Below, piece after piece: positions 39,487 to 48,377 of a stretch of DNA of 64,000 nt (position 1 is the first letter of the stretch; each line of letters starts with the position of its first letter). Below the pieces are notes generated by a model that saw only the letters and a program-made list of their open reading frames with translations, searched no databases and was not told the origin of the DNA. The DNA is from Saprospiraceae bacterium (GTDB taxonomy: Bacteria > Bacteroidota > Bacteroidia > Chitinophagales > Saprospiraceae). The stretch covers positions 137,029-201,028 of the forward strand of contig CBDDLC010000002.1 in assembly GCA_965230495.1 (NCBI GenBank), read 5' to 3'. The translations under genes and the position numbers were made by a program.

Positions 39487-40284
39487 TTAACACCCCATTT
39501 TTCCAAAAAAGAAAACTAAGTTTTGCTCTACTTTTTCTCCCTTAATATTAGTAGCTGATTGCCACTTTCCAGGAACTTTGGAAATAAGATTAACCATAAT
39601 CTCGTCAATATGTTGATTTCCACAGCTTGCATCTAACGTAGTATTTGCTACTATTCCATTTTTGGTAATGGTAAAGTTAACTCTTCCTGGTTTTAGGAGA
39701 TTTATATCGATATCATGAACCTGATCATTGCTTTCTTTCTTGAGATAAGATATAAGAGCTTCTAGTCCTCCTTTGTACTGTGCTTCATTCTCTGGGATAA
39801 CGGTGATATAATACGGAAAAGAATCTTTTTGTAATTCCCCTGAAAAAGCATTCTTATTGATACAGGTTGTGCTTACGAAGATATTTGAAGAATGGTTGGT
39901 TGACGAAAGAAGTTGCATCTGTAAGTCATTCAACTGTTCTCCTTCTCCCAATCTACTTATTTTTTCATTACCACCAAGTATAGCCACTTCATTAGCCTGA
40001 TAGGATTTTATACTTTCTGTACATTTTGCAGGTAGGATATCGGTAAGAGATTTGGCCTTAACAAGTTTATTTCTGGTTATCGTAGTCATAAATCTAGATT
40101 CTACTTTGTAGAGAAAATCATAATTCGGGTTGTTTATGGGACTCACGAAGGGATCATTGAAGGGAATGTGTTTTTGGCATAAAGAGTTATTATGGACTGA
40201 ATTATTATTCCAATTCACATAGCTAAATGCCATCAAAAAAAAGCAAGTGATTCCGGTTACTAAAATTACAATTCTCTTTTTCAT
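39487..40284 (-). CDS. Secreted TonB_C-like domain protein (paralog C)
   Basis: Signal/TM N-terminus. EAQYKGGLEALISYLKK...FTITKNGIVAN...IDEIMVNLISKVPGKWQSATNIKGEKV. Ends in ...GKMGC, similar to paralog A (...YMIGC). Confidence 0.6.
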   Translation of the reverse strand: MKKRIVILVTGITCFFLMAFSYVNWNNNSVHNNSLCQKHIPFNDPFVSPINNPNYDFLYKVESRFMTTITRNKLVKAKSLTDILPAKCTESIKSYQANEVAILGGNEKISRLGEGEQLNDLQMQLLSSTNHSSNIFVSTTCINKNAFSGELQKDSFPYYITVIPENEAQYKGGLEALISYLKKESNDQVHDIDINLLKPGRVNFTITKNGIVANTTLDASCGNQHIDEIMVNLISKVPGKWQSATNIKGEKVEQNLVFFFGKMGC

Positions 40285-40346
40285 CTTGATAAATATTTAA
40301 TTTGAATTAATACTTCAAATATATCTTGGATGCCGTCTTATACTGG

Positions 40347-40384
40347 GTAAATCAAATGTAAATTAATGTAAATCTTAGGTAAAA
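40347..40384 (+). promoter_or_regulatory. Four phased direct repeats GTAAAT/GTAAAT/GTAAAT/GTAAAA; candidate winged-helix operator
   Basis: Repeat starts at 40347, 40358, 40368 and 40379, giving spacings of 11, 10 and 11 bp. The array lies in the divergent intergenic region and ends 37 nt upstream of the wHTH regulator ATG. Confidence 0.45.
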
Positions 40385-40421
40385 CAGTTCAAATTGCCAT
40401 GGATTAAAATAGCTTTGCAAT

Positions 40422-41303
40422 ATGAAGATCAGATTCTTAGAATATGCTTGTTACATTACAATTTTATTGCTGTCTTTTTCGAATCCGTGTTTCTCACAGA
40501 AAGCAGTAGAAGACCAACAAATTGAAGTAGCTCTTCGTACAGTTGGTCATGAATTTTTAATGTGTCTAGGTGATAGTACGTCTAGAATAATGCCCGTGGT
40601 AAAAGAGGATAATAATCGATATAGAATCCGATTTGAACATGAATTAGCTTTCAGTCCTGACGATCTGGTAAATGTGGCGAACGAAGTAATGGAGAAATAT
40701 GATATAGCCTCCAGTTATATAGTGGCAGTTGAGGAGTGTAGTTCTTCAGAAGTGGTATACATTTATGAAATGAATAAAATGCAACCGGAACTAGCACCTT
40801 GTCGCTCTCGGGACTTGCCGAAGTCATGTTATAATCTAGTAGTGACCTTATATAATAATACCGATTCTTCTATGAGTAAGGATCTATATGTATATTCAAA
40901 AGATAAAGGAGGCAAAGCTAATGGCCTATTTATAGTTTTGGTTGGATTAGCATTGTTTTTTTCGATTTACCTTTTTTATATAAAAAAAAGGAAGGAGGAG
41001 TCAACCAACAGTTTAATACGAGTAGGACAATATCGTTTTGACTTGAACAATACTAGACTCGTTCTTAAGGATAAGGTGATAGAGCTTACACAGAAAGAAG
41101 CAGATCTATTACTTCTTCTCTGTGAATCATTTAATAATACAGTAGAAAGAGAGAAAATATTGAACAAAGTATGGGGAGATGAGGGCGATTATGTTGGAAG
41201 AACGTTGGATGTGTTTATTTCGAAATTACGTAAGAAGCTAGAAGCTGATCCAGAAATTAAAATTGTCAACATACGAGGAGTAGGTTATAAGCTAGTGGGT
41301 TGA
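40422..41303 (+). CDS. Membrane-spanning one-component regulator: extracytoplasmic N-domain, TM helix, C-terminal OmpR/PhoB-type winged-helix DNA-binding domain
   Basis: Signal-like N-terminus and a 4-Cys domain of about 150 aa. TM helix LFIVLVGLALFFSIYLFYI followed by KKRKEE. C-terminal LT.KEADLLLLL......V.RE.IL..VWG......RTLDVFISKLRKKL......I..IRGVGYKL. Confidence 0.75.
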   Translation: MKIRFLEYACYITILLLSFSNPCFSQKAVEDQQIEVALRTVGHEFLMCLGDSTSRIMPVVKEDNNRYRIRFEHELAFSPDDLVNVANEVMEKYDIASSYIVAVEECSSSEVVYIYEMNKMQPELAPCRSRDLPKSCYNLVVTLYNNTDSSMSKDLYVYSKDKGGKANGLFIVLVGLALFFSIYLFYIKKRKEESTNSLIRVGQYRFDLNNTRLVLKDKVIELTQKEADLLLLLCESFNNTVEREKILNKVWGDEGDYVGRTLDVFISKLRKKLEADPEIKIVNIRGVGYKLVG

Positions 41304-41535
41304 TAAAACAACTCACGGAGAATTTGAATTCATGGCAAGCCAAATATCATCAAGATTTTACATCATTATAAATACCTCAGACATATCTGTTGGGATTTTG
41401 TAATGAATTGATTATAAGTAGAATAGCTTAAAATATGGTCATCTAATTTCGAAAAAAATCATTTTTCTGCAACGAAACTTACCTTTTAGGTTACCTAGTA
41501 TATGTAAGTATATTAATTAACACTAAAACAGAAAA

Positions 41536-42159
41536 ATGAAAAAAGTATTTGTGTTCGTATTATCCTCCTTGCTGATCTTTTCATGTTCCGACGGTGAATC
41601 CGACCTAGTTGTACCCAATGAAACAAGTAGTCAGATTACATCGGCAATTAATGGGAGTTTGAAATGCGTGAATGGCAATCCTATCGCTTCTGTAGCAGTT
41701 ACATTTATTGACGAAGCAGGAAATGTATCAGAAACAACCACTGACGATCAAGGCAATTTTAGCGTTAGTTCATTGGAAAGTGGAACTTATGCTATTCAAT
41801 TCGATAATTCTCAATTATACGATTATTCTTTCGATGAATATCAAGAGTTAATTACTGATCTCCGCAAAATAATACTTGGAGAGAGAGAACATACCACTGC
41901 GGATCAGATCGCATATCATTTGATAAATTTAGAGGATGGACTGACTACCTTTGATCAAGTGTTATTTGAAAGACTTCGTGATGGAAAAGATCAACTGGAA
42001 GATGCCTATCCATGGAGATATATAACTCAGGAAGAATTAGATCAAGATGTAGTCACGATTTCTAATGTGGTTCATATAACCATTGAGGATAATCAGACTT
42101 CTTCAATAGATATTATTGGCTTCTTTGTAGGGGATCCAACTGGATCAACATGTAACTAA
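41536..42159 (+). CDS. Lipoprotein with a CarboxypepD_reg-like domain and a possible dockerin/EF-hand-like segment (tandem paralog 1)
   Basis: Lipobox LIFSC. GSLKCVNGNPIASVAVTFIDEAGN...TTDDQGNFSV..LESGTYAIQF. Two D-rich helix-loop segments. Ends in VGDPTGSTCN. Confidence 0.5.
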   Translation: MKKVFVFVLSSLLIFSCSDGESDLVVPNETSSQITSAINGSLKCVNGNPIASVAVTFIDEAGNVSETTTDDQGNFSVSSLESGTYAIQFDNSQLYDYSFDEYQELITDLRKIILGEREHTTADQIAYHLINLEDGLTTFDQVLFERLRDGKDQLEDAYPWRYITQEELDQDVVTISNVVHITIEDNQTSSIDIIGFFVGDPTGSTCN

Positions 42160-42170
42160 TCATATTCTAG

Positions 42171-42216
42171 GGCAGGATCTGCATTGATAAGTTTTTTTAG
42201 AACTGTAGATCCTGTC
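42171..42216 (+). terminator. Hairpin between the two lipoprotein paralogs (weak terminator or attenuating structure)
   Basis: GGCAGGATCT pairs with AGATCCTGTC (8 WC pairs, one G-U, one GC) across a 26-nt loop, followed by TTTT. Confidence 0.3.
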
Positions 42217-42246
42217 TTTTAGTAAATTCAAAACATCTTTTTGCAC

Positions 42247-42912
42247 ATGAACAATTTATTAGGACTATTGATATTTAGTCTACTATTGATAACAGCCTGC
42301 ACAGAAGATTGCTGTCATGATGGAAGTATTATCAGTCCGGATGAAATTCAAGAAGTAATTGATCTTAATGAAGATTCTTCAGATTTATTTTCATCAACTA
42401 TAAGTGGAAACATCAGCTGCGTTAATAATAATCCATTAATGAATGTTCGAGCAGATTTAGTGGACAGTTCAGGAAATGTTTTTACTTTATCTACCAACGA
42501 TCAAGGATTCTTTGTTGAAAAAACATTGTTGGCCGGCCCTTACACATTACGATTTACTGACCCTCCTCTTTATGAATATAGTCAACAAGAATACGATAGT
42601 TTAATCAATGATTTAAATGATATTATTCTTGGAGAAAGGGAAGCCACTACATCGGATATGATTGCATATCATATGGTCAATCTTGAGGACGGATTAACAA
42701 CCTTGGATAGGATCTTTTTTGAAAAACTACAAAATGGAGAGAATCAAATAGCAGATTTTTCTCCCTGGAGATATGTTACAAGAGAGGACTATAATCTAGG
42801 AATAATTAATTTACTAAGTGAAATACCCGTAACTGTCATGAGCAATCAAGAGCTTAGAATTGATGTGATAAGAATTTATGTCGGAGATCCGATGGGGGTC
42901 ATATGTAATTAA
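42247..42912 (+). CDS. Lipoprotein with a CarboxypepD_reg-like domain (tandem paralog 2)
   Basis: Likely start at the ATG (MNNLLGLLIFSLLLITAC lipobox). Collinear with 41536..42159. Ends in VGDPMGVICN. Confidence 0.5.
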   Translation: MNNLLGLLIFSLLLITACTEDCCHDGSIISPDEIQEVIDLNEDSSDLFSSTISGNISCVNNNPLMNVRADLVDSSGNVFTLSTNDQGFFVEKTLLAGPYTLRFTDPPLYEYSQQEYDSLINDLNDIILGEREATTSDMIAYHMVNLEDGLTTLDRIFFEKLQNGENQIADFSPWRYVTREDYNLGIINLLSEIPVTVMSNQELRIDVIRIYVGDPMGVICN

Positions 42913-42914
42913 AC

Positions 42915-43469
42915 TTGGAAATATCACCACAAATAATTGACAAGATTTATGAGCGAGAAAGAGAAGCTTGTAAACTACTGTATGATGAATACCATAAAGT
43001 ATGCATGGGAATATGTTTAAGATATGCTCGAAAAAGATCTGATGCTGAAGACATGTTACAAGAGGGTTTTATCGAAGTATTTAGGAAAATTAAGTCATAT
43101 TCGTTTAAGGGATCATTTGACGGTTGGGTTAAAAAAGTGGTTTTTAATCAAGTGATAAACTACATAAGAAAGCACTATAAATTAAATGAAGTCTATGGAG
43201 GGTTGGATGATCTGAATCTCGTAGGTAAACCTGTTGATAGACTTGGTGAAGAAGAGCTTTTATCAATTATAAATTCTATTCCTGAAAAGTATAAAATTGT
43301 TTTCAATATGTATGCTGTGGATAGATATAGTCATAAAGAGATAGGCGAGAAGCTTTCGATTAAGGAAAGTACCGTACGTTCTCTCTTCTTTAGAGCAAGA
43401 AACATGATAAAGGAAAAATTGAACAACATTCAAAATATAGAGAATAAAACTCTCAACTATGGATCATAA
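42915..43469 (+). CDS. ECF-type RNA polymerase sigma-70 family factor
   Basis: Region 2 (DAEDMLQEGFIEVFRKI...FDGWVKKVVFNQVINYIR) and region 4 (YKIVFNMYAVDRYSHKEIGEKLSIKESTVRSLFFRARN). TTG start 2 nt after the upstream stop. Confidence 0.85.
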   Translation: MEISPQIIDKIYEREREACKLLYDEYHKVCMGICLRYARKRSDAEDMLQEGFIEVFRKIKSYSFKGSFDGWVKKVVFNQVINYIRKHYKLNEVYGGLDDLNLVGKPVDRLGEEELLSIINSIPEKYKIVFNMYAVDRYSHKEIGEKLSIKESTVRSLFFRARNMIKEKLNNIQNIENKTLNYGS

Positions 43470-44757
43470 TATAGATAAGTTCGTCAGAAAACTTTCCTCC
43501 TTGGAATCTAATCCAAGAGAAGACCTGTTTGAGGTCATCTATAAGGAAACTCGAAAAAGATCCAAAAGAAGATTCTGGATATTTCTGTTTTCAGGAGTTT
43601 TAAGCCTTGTATTTATGGTGCTACTTTTATTTGTATACAACGTTGGTAGTGACCATCAAAGCCCTATTTCTTATTTGAAGCAAACCGAACAGACAAAAGA
43701 AGACACCAATTCCATTTATGAAAAACTCTTCTTGAAAGAAGAAGGTCATAAAACCAAGATATACGATGATGGTAGTAGTGGTGAAGTTGTATTTGTCGAA
43801 AAATATCGGGAAGATATGGTGGAGCGAGTTGATAGAGTTAAGAATTCGGCGGTTCCAGACAATTCAGGAGGACTTCCATTAAAACAACATAAGGTATTCC
43901 ACGAAGAGAAGGAATTATCAGAGCTTAAAAACTATTCAAATAATATTGAAGGAAATGAGAAGCAGACAGATACTGCATCTCAAGGCGACATTAAAATCTA
44001 TGATTTATCCCTAAGTGGTGTGACAGAATTAAGAAAACAATTTAATTTCCCAGTGCTCAAAGGGTTATTGCGTGGGGTATCTTATGTCAGAAAAACATTG
44101 GTTATGAAGCCGACCAGTGACCCGAAATATTTGTTAGAAAATGACAACACAGTCGTAAAACCAAAATTTAAGTTAAAAGTAGCCGCTATAACTGGGTCAC
44201 AAGAATTTTGTAGTTACACAATGGCAAGTCAACAGAGACTAACACTGAACTTAACTAGAAATTTAGGTAATAGAACGGGTATAATGCTTGGAATTTCTAA
44301 GTCTAATATTTCTTATGATTTTCTCTTTACAGATGAGTTAAATAATAGGTTCGGTACTTCTAGTAAATTTCCCGGATTGCCATTGTTAAGATCTAGAACA
44401 ACATCGATTGCTAATGACTTAACTTATTACAGTTTAGATTTTGGTTTAAAATATGATGCCTATTCCATTGGTAGGCATAATTTTCTAATAGGCTTAGAAC
44501 AAGAGTTGGTATTCTTTACTCATCAAGAATTAAGTTATGGATTAATAAAAAGCAATGATTACATATATGTGAGAAGTGAAGGAGTCTCCATTTTTAATAA
44601 TTTACGGCCTTTCCTTGAGTACAACTATAGCCTCTCAAAGGTCATAGCGGTTAATGTCGATATTTGTTATAATTACTCTCTTTCTTATTTAGGACTTGAA
44701 AAAGAAAGGTACTCCGGTTTTAATTATGGTCTTGGATTTACTTACGGTTGGCGGTAA
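43459..44757 (+). CDS. Putative anti-sigma-like protein: short cytoplasmic N-terminus, one TM helix, charged linker, beta-barrel-like C-terminal domain
   Basis: Overlaps the sigma gene by 11 nt. TM helix RRFWIFLFSGVLSLVFMVLLLFVY. The C-terminal 220 aa or so has alternating beta-strand-like patterns and ends in GLGFTYGWR. Confidence 0.45.
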   Translation: MDHNIDKFVRKLSSLESNPREDLFEVIYKETRKRSKRRFWIFLFSGVLSLVFMVLLLFVYNVGSDHQSPISYLKQTEQTKEDTNSIYEKLFLKEEGHKTKIYDDGSSGEVVFVEKYREDMVERVDRVKNSAVPDNSGGLPLKQHKVFHEEKELSELKNYSNNIEGNEKQTDTASQGDIKIYDLSLSGVTELRKQFNFPVLKGLLRGVSYVRKTLVMKPTSDPKYLLENDNTVVKPKFKLKVAAITGSQEFCSYTMASQQRLTLNLTRNLGNRTGIMLGISKSNISYDFLFTDELNNRFGTSSKFPGLPLLRSRTTSIANDLTYYSLDFGLKYDAYSIGRHNFLIGLEQELVFFTHQELSYGLIKSNDYIYVRSEGVSIFNNLRPFLEYNYSLSKVIAVNVDICYNYSLSYLGLEKERYSGFNYGLGFTYGWR

Positions 44758-44830
44758 TGGTCTTATCTATAAAAACACCATAATTTTATAAGTTTTTCTA
44801 AGCTTTTATGATATAATTGATTAAATGTCA

Positions 44831-45829
44831 TTATAGGACTTGTCTAATTAGATTTATTTTGTTCACAATTTTTTCGAACTCCTTAAAATCAATGGTTTGT
44901 TGAGCATCAGTAGCAGCTTTTCGTGGTGTTTTATGGATTTCTATGATAAGACCATCGGCTCCTGCAGCTACTCCGGACAAGGCCATTTGAAATACATGTT
45001 TGCGTATACCTATTCCATGCGAGGGATCTACGACAACGGGTAGATGGGATTTTTCCTTTAAAATGGGTACTGCATTTAAATCTAAGGTGTTTCTATACGA
45101 AGTTTCAAAGGTCCTTATCCCTCTTTCGCAAAGAATGAGTTTTTCATTTCCATTTTTAAAGATGTATTCAGCAGAATATAAAAGTTCGTCAATAGTTCCA
45201 CTAATACCTCTTTTCAGAAGTACGGGTTTATCTACTTCTCCCAAAGCTTCTAGTAAATTGAAGTTTTGAGAGTTTCGAGCACCAATTTGAAAGATATCCA
45301 CATAAGGCATCATTTCTTTTATTTGGCCGACCTCCATGACTTCAGTAATTATCTTAATCCCATTTGCATTACAGGCTTTATAAAACATTTTTAGACCCTC
45401 CATACCCAATCCTCTAAAGCTATATGGACTGGTACGAGGTTTATAAACTCCACCACGCATAATTTTGACTTTATTTTTCTTCAAGCACTCTACAGTATTT
45501 TGGATTTGCTCTTCACTTTCTATACTACAGGGACCAGCCATAATGGCAAAGTGTCCATTTCCGATTTGTACACCATCAACATCTATAATCGTTCTATCCA
45601 CCTTCCATTTATTACTTACCATTTTGTGCTTACCACTTACTCTGTGTACATCTAAGATGCCATTTAGATGTCCTACCTTTCGGATATCGAAGTCTTCACT
45701 CGGTGTACAAATTTGATAATATCCCCTTTGAGTTTTTACCGGGTAATAATTGATTTTTAAATCAGCCAATACCTGCTGTAGCTTATTCAAATTTTTTTTC
45801 TCAATTTTTTTATCTAACTGAATGATCAT
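44831..45829 (-). CDS. aroG: 3-deoxy-7-phosphoheptulonate (DAHP) synthase, type I-beta, with an N-terminal regulatory-like extension
   Basis: AGPCSIES, RGG.YKPRTSPYSF.G, IGARN.QNF.LL, LKRG and VDPSH motifs. Start is 4 nt downstream of the trpA stop. Confidence 0.88.
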   Translation of the reverse strand: MIIQLDKKIEKKNLNKLQQVLADLKINYYPVKTQRGYYQICTPSEDFDIRKVGHLNGILDVHRVSGKHKMVSNKWKVDRTIIDVDGVQIGNGHFAIMAGPCSIESEEQIQNTVECLKKNKVKIMRGGVYKPRTSPYSFRGLGMEGLKMFYKACNANGIKIITEVMEVGQIKEMMPYVDIFQIGARNSQNFNLLEALGEVDKPVLLKRGISGTIDELLYSAEYIFKNGNEKLILCERGIRTFETSYRNTLDLNAVPILKEKSHLPVVVDPSHGIGIRKHVFQMALSGVAAGADGLIIEIHKTPRKAATDAQQTIDFKEFEKIVNKINLIRQVL

Positions 45830-45833
45830 AATT

Positions 45834-46595
45834 CTAATATTTTATATTTTCAATAAAGTCCATGGTGTCTTTCTCCAAGTGTCGACTGCCTTTAATCTTT
45901 TGTATGAATGCACTACCTATAATTGCTCCAGCGGAATATTTAGAAACAAATTCAAAATCATCTTTACTACATATATTAAATCCTACCATGATAGGAGATT
46001 TTAGGTTCATGGAATGCAGTCGAGCCAGATAGTTTTTCGATTCTTGAATTTTTTTATTTTTTCCTGTAGTACTTGAACTACTCACTGCATAAATGAATGA
46101 AGAACTCAATTTGTCAATTAGCTTAATACGTTCTTTTGAGGTTTCTGGAGTAACTAGAAAAATGTTGGAAATATTATTAGACTCAAATGCTTTCTTGTAT
46201 TTATTTAAGTAGATATCTATGGGCAGATCGGGAATAATGAGCCCACTTATTCCCATGTCTTTACATTTTTCACAAAATTTTTCAACACCGTATTGATAGA
46301 CGGTATTAAAGTAGCCCATTAACAGAAGGGGAATATTGCTATCTATATGCTTAATTTGTTCAAAAATCAGGTCGGTTGTGATACCGTTCTTAATCGCTTG
46401 AGTACTACTTTCCTGGATGGTTGGTCCATCACTTAGTGGGTCCGAGTAAGGCATTCCTATTTCAACTATATCGACTCCACCTTTTTCTAATGCCGGTAAA
46501 ATTTTTTCTAAGCTATTTAGCTTTGGAAAACCAGCAGTCACATAAATATTAAGTAGCCTTAGAGGTTGATGCTCAAATATTTTTTTTATGTTCAT
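45834..46595 (-). CDS. trpA: Tryptophan synthase alpha chain
   Basis: Start chosen at the internal Met (MNIKKIFE), 1 nt after the trpB stop. YVTAGFP, VEIGMPYSDPLSDGPTIQ and GFNI motifs. Confidence 0.9.
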   Translation of the reverse strand: MNIKKIFEHQPLRLLNIYVTAGFPKLNSLEKILPALEKGGVDIVEIGMPYSDPLSDGPTIQESSTQAIKNGITTDLIFEQIKHIDSNIPLLLMGYFNTVYQYGVEKFCEKCKDMGISGLIIPDLPIDIYLNKYKKAFESNNISNIFLVTPETSKERIKLIDKLSSSFIYAVSSSSTTGKNKKIQESKNYLARLHSMNLKSPIMVGFNICSKDDFEFVSKYSAGAIIGSAFIQKIKGSRHLEKDTMDFIENIKY

Positions 46596-46596
46596 T

Positions 46597-47763
46597 TTAA
46601 TCAATGTATTTGGAATATTTTTGTAAATCTTTATCTCCTCTACCACTTAGATTGACAACTACATTATCAATTTGAGTTAATTTCATTTTTTTCAAATAAG
46701 CTAAAGCGTGTGATGATTCAAGAGCAGGAATGATTCCTTCTTTTTTTGCTAGTAGCATGGCTGCATCTAAGGCCTCCTGATCGGTCACACTAACGTATGA
46801 TACTCTTTGGATATCTGCAAGATGTGCGTGTTGAGGACCTATTCCAGGATAATCAAGTCCGGCAGAAATACTGTGAGGTTCGATCACTTGACCATCAGTA
46901 GTCTGCATAACTTTGGTCATCGAGGCGTGGAGAATACCCTTGCTTCCGAGCATTAATGTAGCTGCTGTCTTATCGGTATCAGTGCCCAATCCAGCTGCTT
47001 CAACACCTATCAAGTTAACGTCGGTATTATTTAAATAACTATAAAAGGCTCCTATAGCGTTGCTGCCACCTCCCACACATGCTATGATATGTGTTGGATC
47101 TTGATCTATTTGCTTTTTTATTTCTTCACTAATAACGGATTGAAGTCTTGATACTAAGTCGGGAAAAGGGTGTGGACCCACCACTGACCCGATAATATAA
47201 TGTGTATCATTAGGATTATTAATCCAATCACGGATAGCCTCATTAGTGGCATCTTTTAAGGTTTTACTTCCACTGGAAACGGATATTACTTCGGCACCAA
47301 GCATTTTCATCCGAGACACATTAGGAGCTTGACGTAATATATCCTTTTCGCCCATATATATATTGCATGGAATCCCCATAAGAGCAGAAGCCGTCGCAGT
47401 AGCTACACCGTGCTGACCTGCACCGGTTTCAGCTATGATTCTTTTCTTACTTAGATATTTTGCTAATAATATCTGTCCAAGAGCATTATTTATTTTATGT
47501 GCTCCAGTATGACAAAGATCTTCTCTTTTTAGGTAGATGTTTGTTCCATAATATTCACTTAACCTTTTTGCAAAATATAACGGAGTGGGACGACCTACAT
47601 AATCTTTTAGAAGAGAGTTGAACTCGTTTTTAAAAGAGTTACTCTGAAGAATCGAAATATAATGATCTTGAAGCTGTTTGATATTTGGATAAAGCATCTC
47701 AGGAATAAAGGCCCCGCCATACTCGCCATAAAATCCATGTTCGTTGATATTAAAATTGCTCAT
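46597..47763 (-). CDS. trpB: Tryptophan synthase beta chain
   Basis: [20 protein letters not shown] and GGGSNAIG motifs. Confidence 0.95.
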   Translation of the reverse strand: MSNFNINEHGFYGEYGGAFIPEMLYPNIKQLQDHYISILQSNSFKNEFNSLLKDYVGRPTPLYFAKRLSEYYGTNIYLKREDLCHTGAHKINNALGQILLAKYLSKKRIIAETGAGQHGVATATASALMGIPCNIYMGEKDILRQAPNVSRMKMLGAEVISVSSGSKTLKDATNEAIRDWINNPNDTHYIIGSVVGPHPFPDLVSRLQSVISEEIKKQIDQDPTHIIACVGGGSNAIGAFYSYLNNTDVNLIGVEAAGLGTDTDKTAATLMLGSKGILHASMTKVMQTTDGQVIEPHSISAGLDYPGIGPQHAHLADIQRVSYVSVTDQEALDAAMLLAKKEGIIPALESSHALAYLKKMKLTQIDNVVVNLSGRGDKDLQKYSKYID

Positions 47764-48377
47764 CTTATCTTATTTACAAATTGATTAAGTTTAGCTGAGT
47801 CTTTCAAGCCAGCTTTTAGTTCGAATTGACTATTTACATCTATGGCATATAAATTTGGCATATTAAGTTTTTGAAGTAATGATACATCTTGTAAACCAAT
47901 ACCACCACTTAGAAAAAAAGGAGTGTCCAAATAATATTGTCTTAGTAATTCCCAGTTGAAATGCTTTCCAGAACCACCATAAGATGGAGTAGGAGTATCG
48001 AATAAAAAATATTTAACGAAGGGTTGATAATCCGCTAGAATATCCCAATTAAAGTCTGGATTTATTTGAAATGCTTTAATCAATTTAATGTTGTCATGGG
48101 TAAGGTTAGCCAGGTACTCAGGAGTTTCGTCACCATGCAATTGAACGAAATCTAAAGAGTAAGTTTTTACAATGGATTTTACTTGATCCAAATCGTGATT
48201 AACGAAAACTCCTACTTTGAGAACTTTTGTATTCCAAGTTTTTAAAAAGTTAAGGGTATGCCTATTTACATGTCGCTTGGATTCATCATAAAATATAAAG
48301 CCTGCGAAGTCGATATTAGAATCCACTATTTGCTTGATATTATGAGGGTGTTTTAATCCACAAACCTTGATCTTCAT
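47760..48377 (-). CDS. trpF: Phosphoribosylanthranilate isomerase
   Basis: MKIKVCGL start with an ATGA overlap onto trpC. VQLHGDE and the FLSGGI pattern. Confidence 0.88.
   Translation of the reverse strand: MKIKVCGLKHPHNIKQIVDSNIDFAGFIFYDESKRHVNRHTLNFLKTWNTKVLKVGVFVNHDLDQVKSIVKTYSLDFVQLHGDETPEYLANLTHDNIKLIKAFQINPDFNWDILADYQPFVKYFLFDTPTPSYGGSGKHFNWELLRQYYLDTPFFLSGGIGLQDVSLLQKLNMPNLYAIDVNSQFELKAGLKDSAKLNQFVNKIR

Noticed and set aside
31746-40284. The block between the TonB_C-like paralogs, considered as a mobile or integrated element.
   Set aside because: I found no integrase, transposase, tRNA target or terminal inverted/direct repeats. The paralogs are diverged genes rather than element ends.
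40410-40417. TAGCTTTG, which matches the Bacteroidota -7 promoter motif TAnnTTTG, just upstream of the wHTH regulator gene.
   Set aside because: It ends only 4 nt before the annotated ATG. A transcript starting downstream of it would lack the start codon, and there is no nearby alternative in-frame start. It is probably a chance match unless the mRNA is leaderless.
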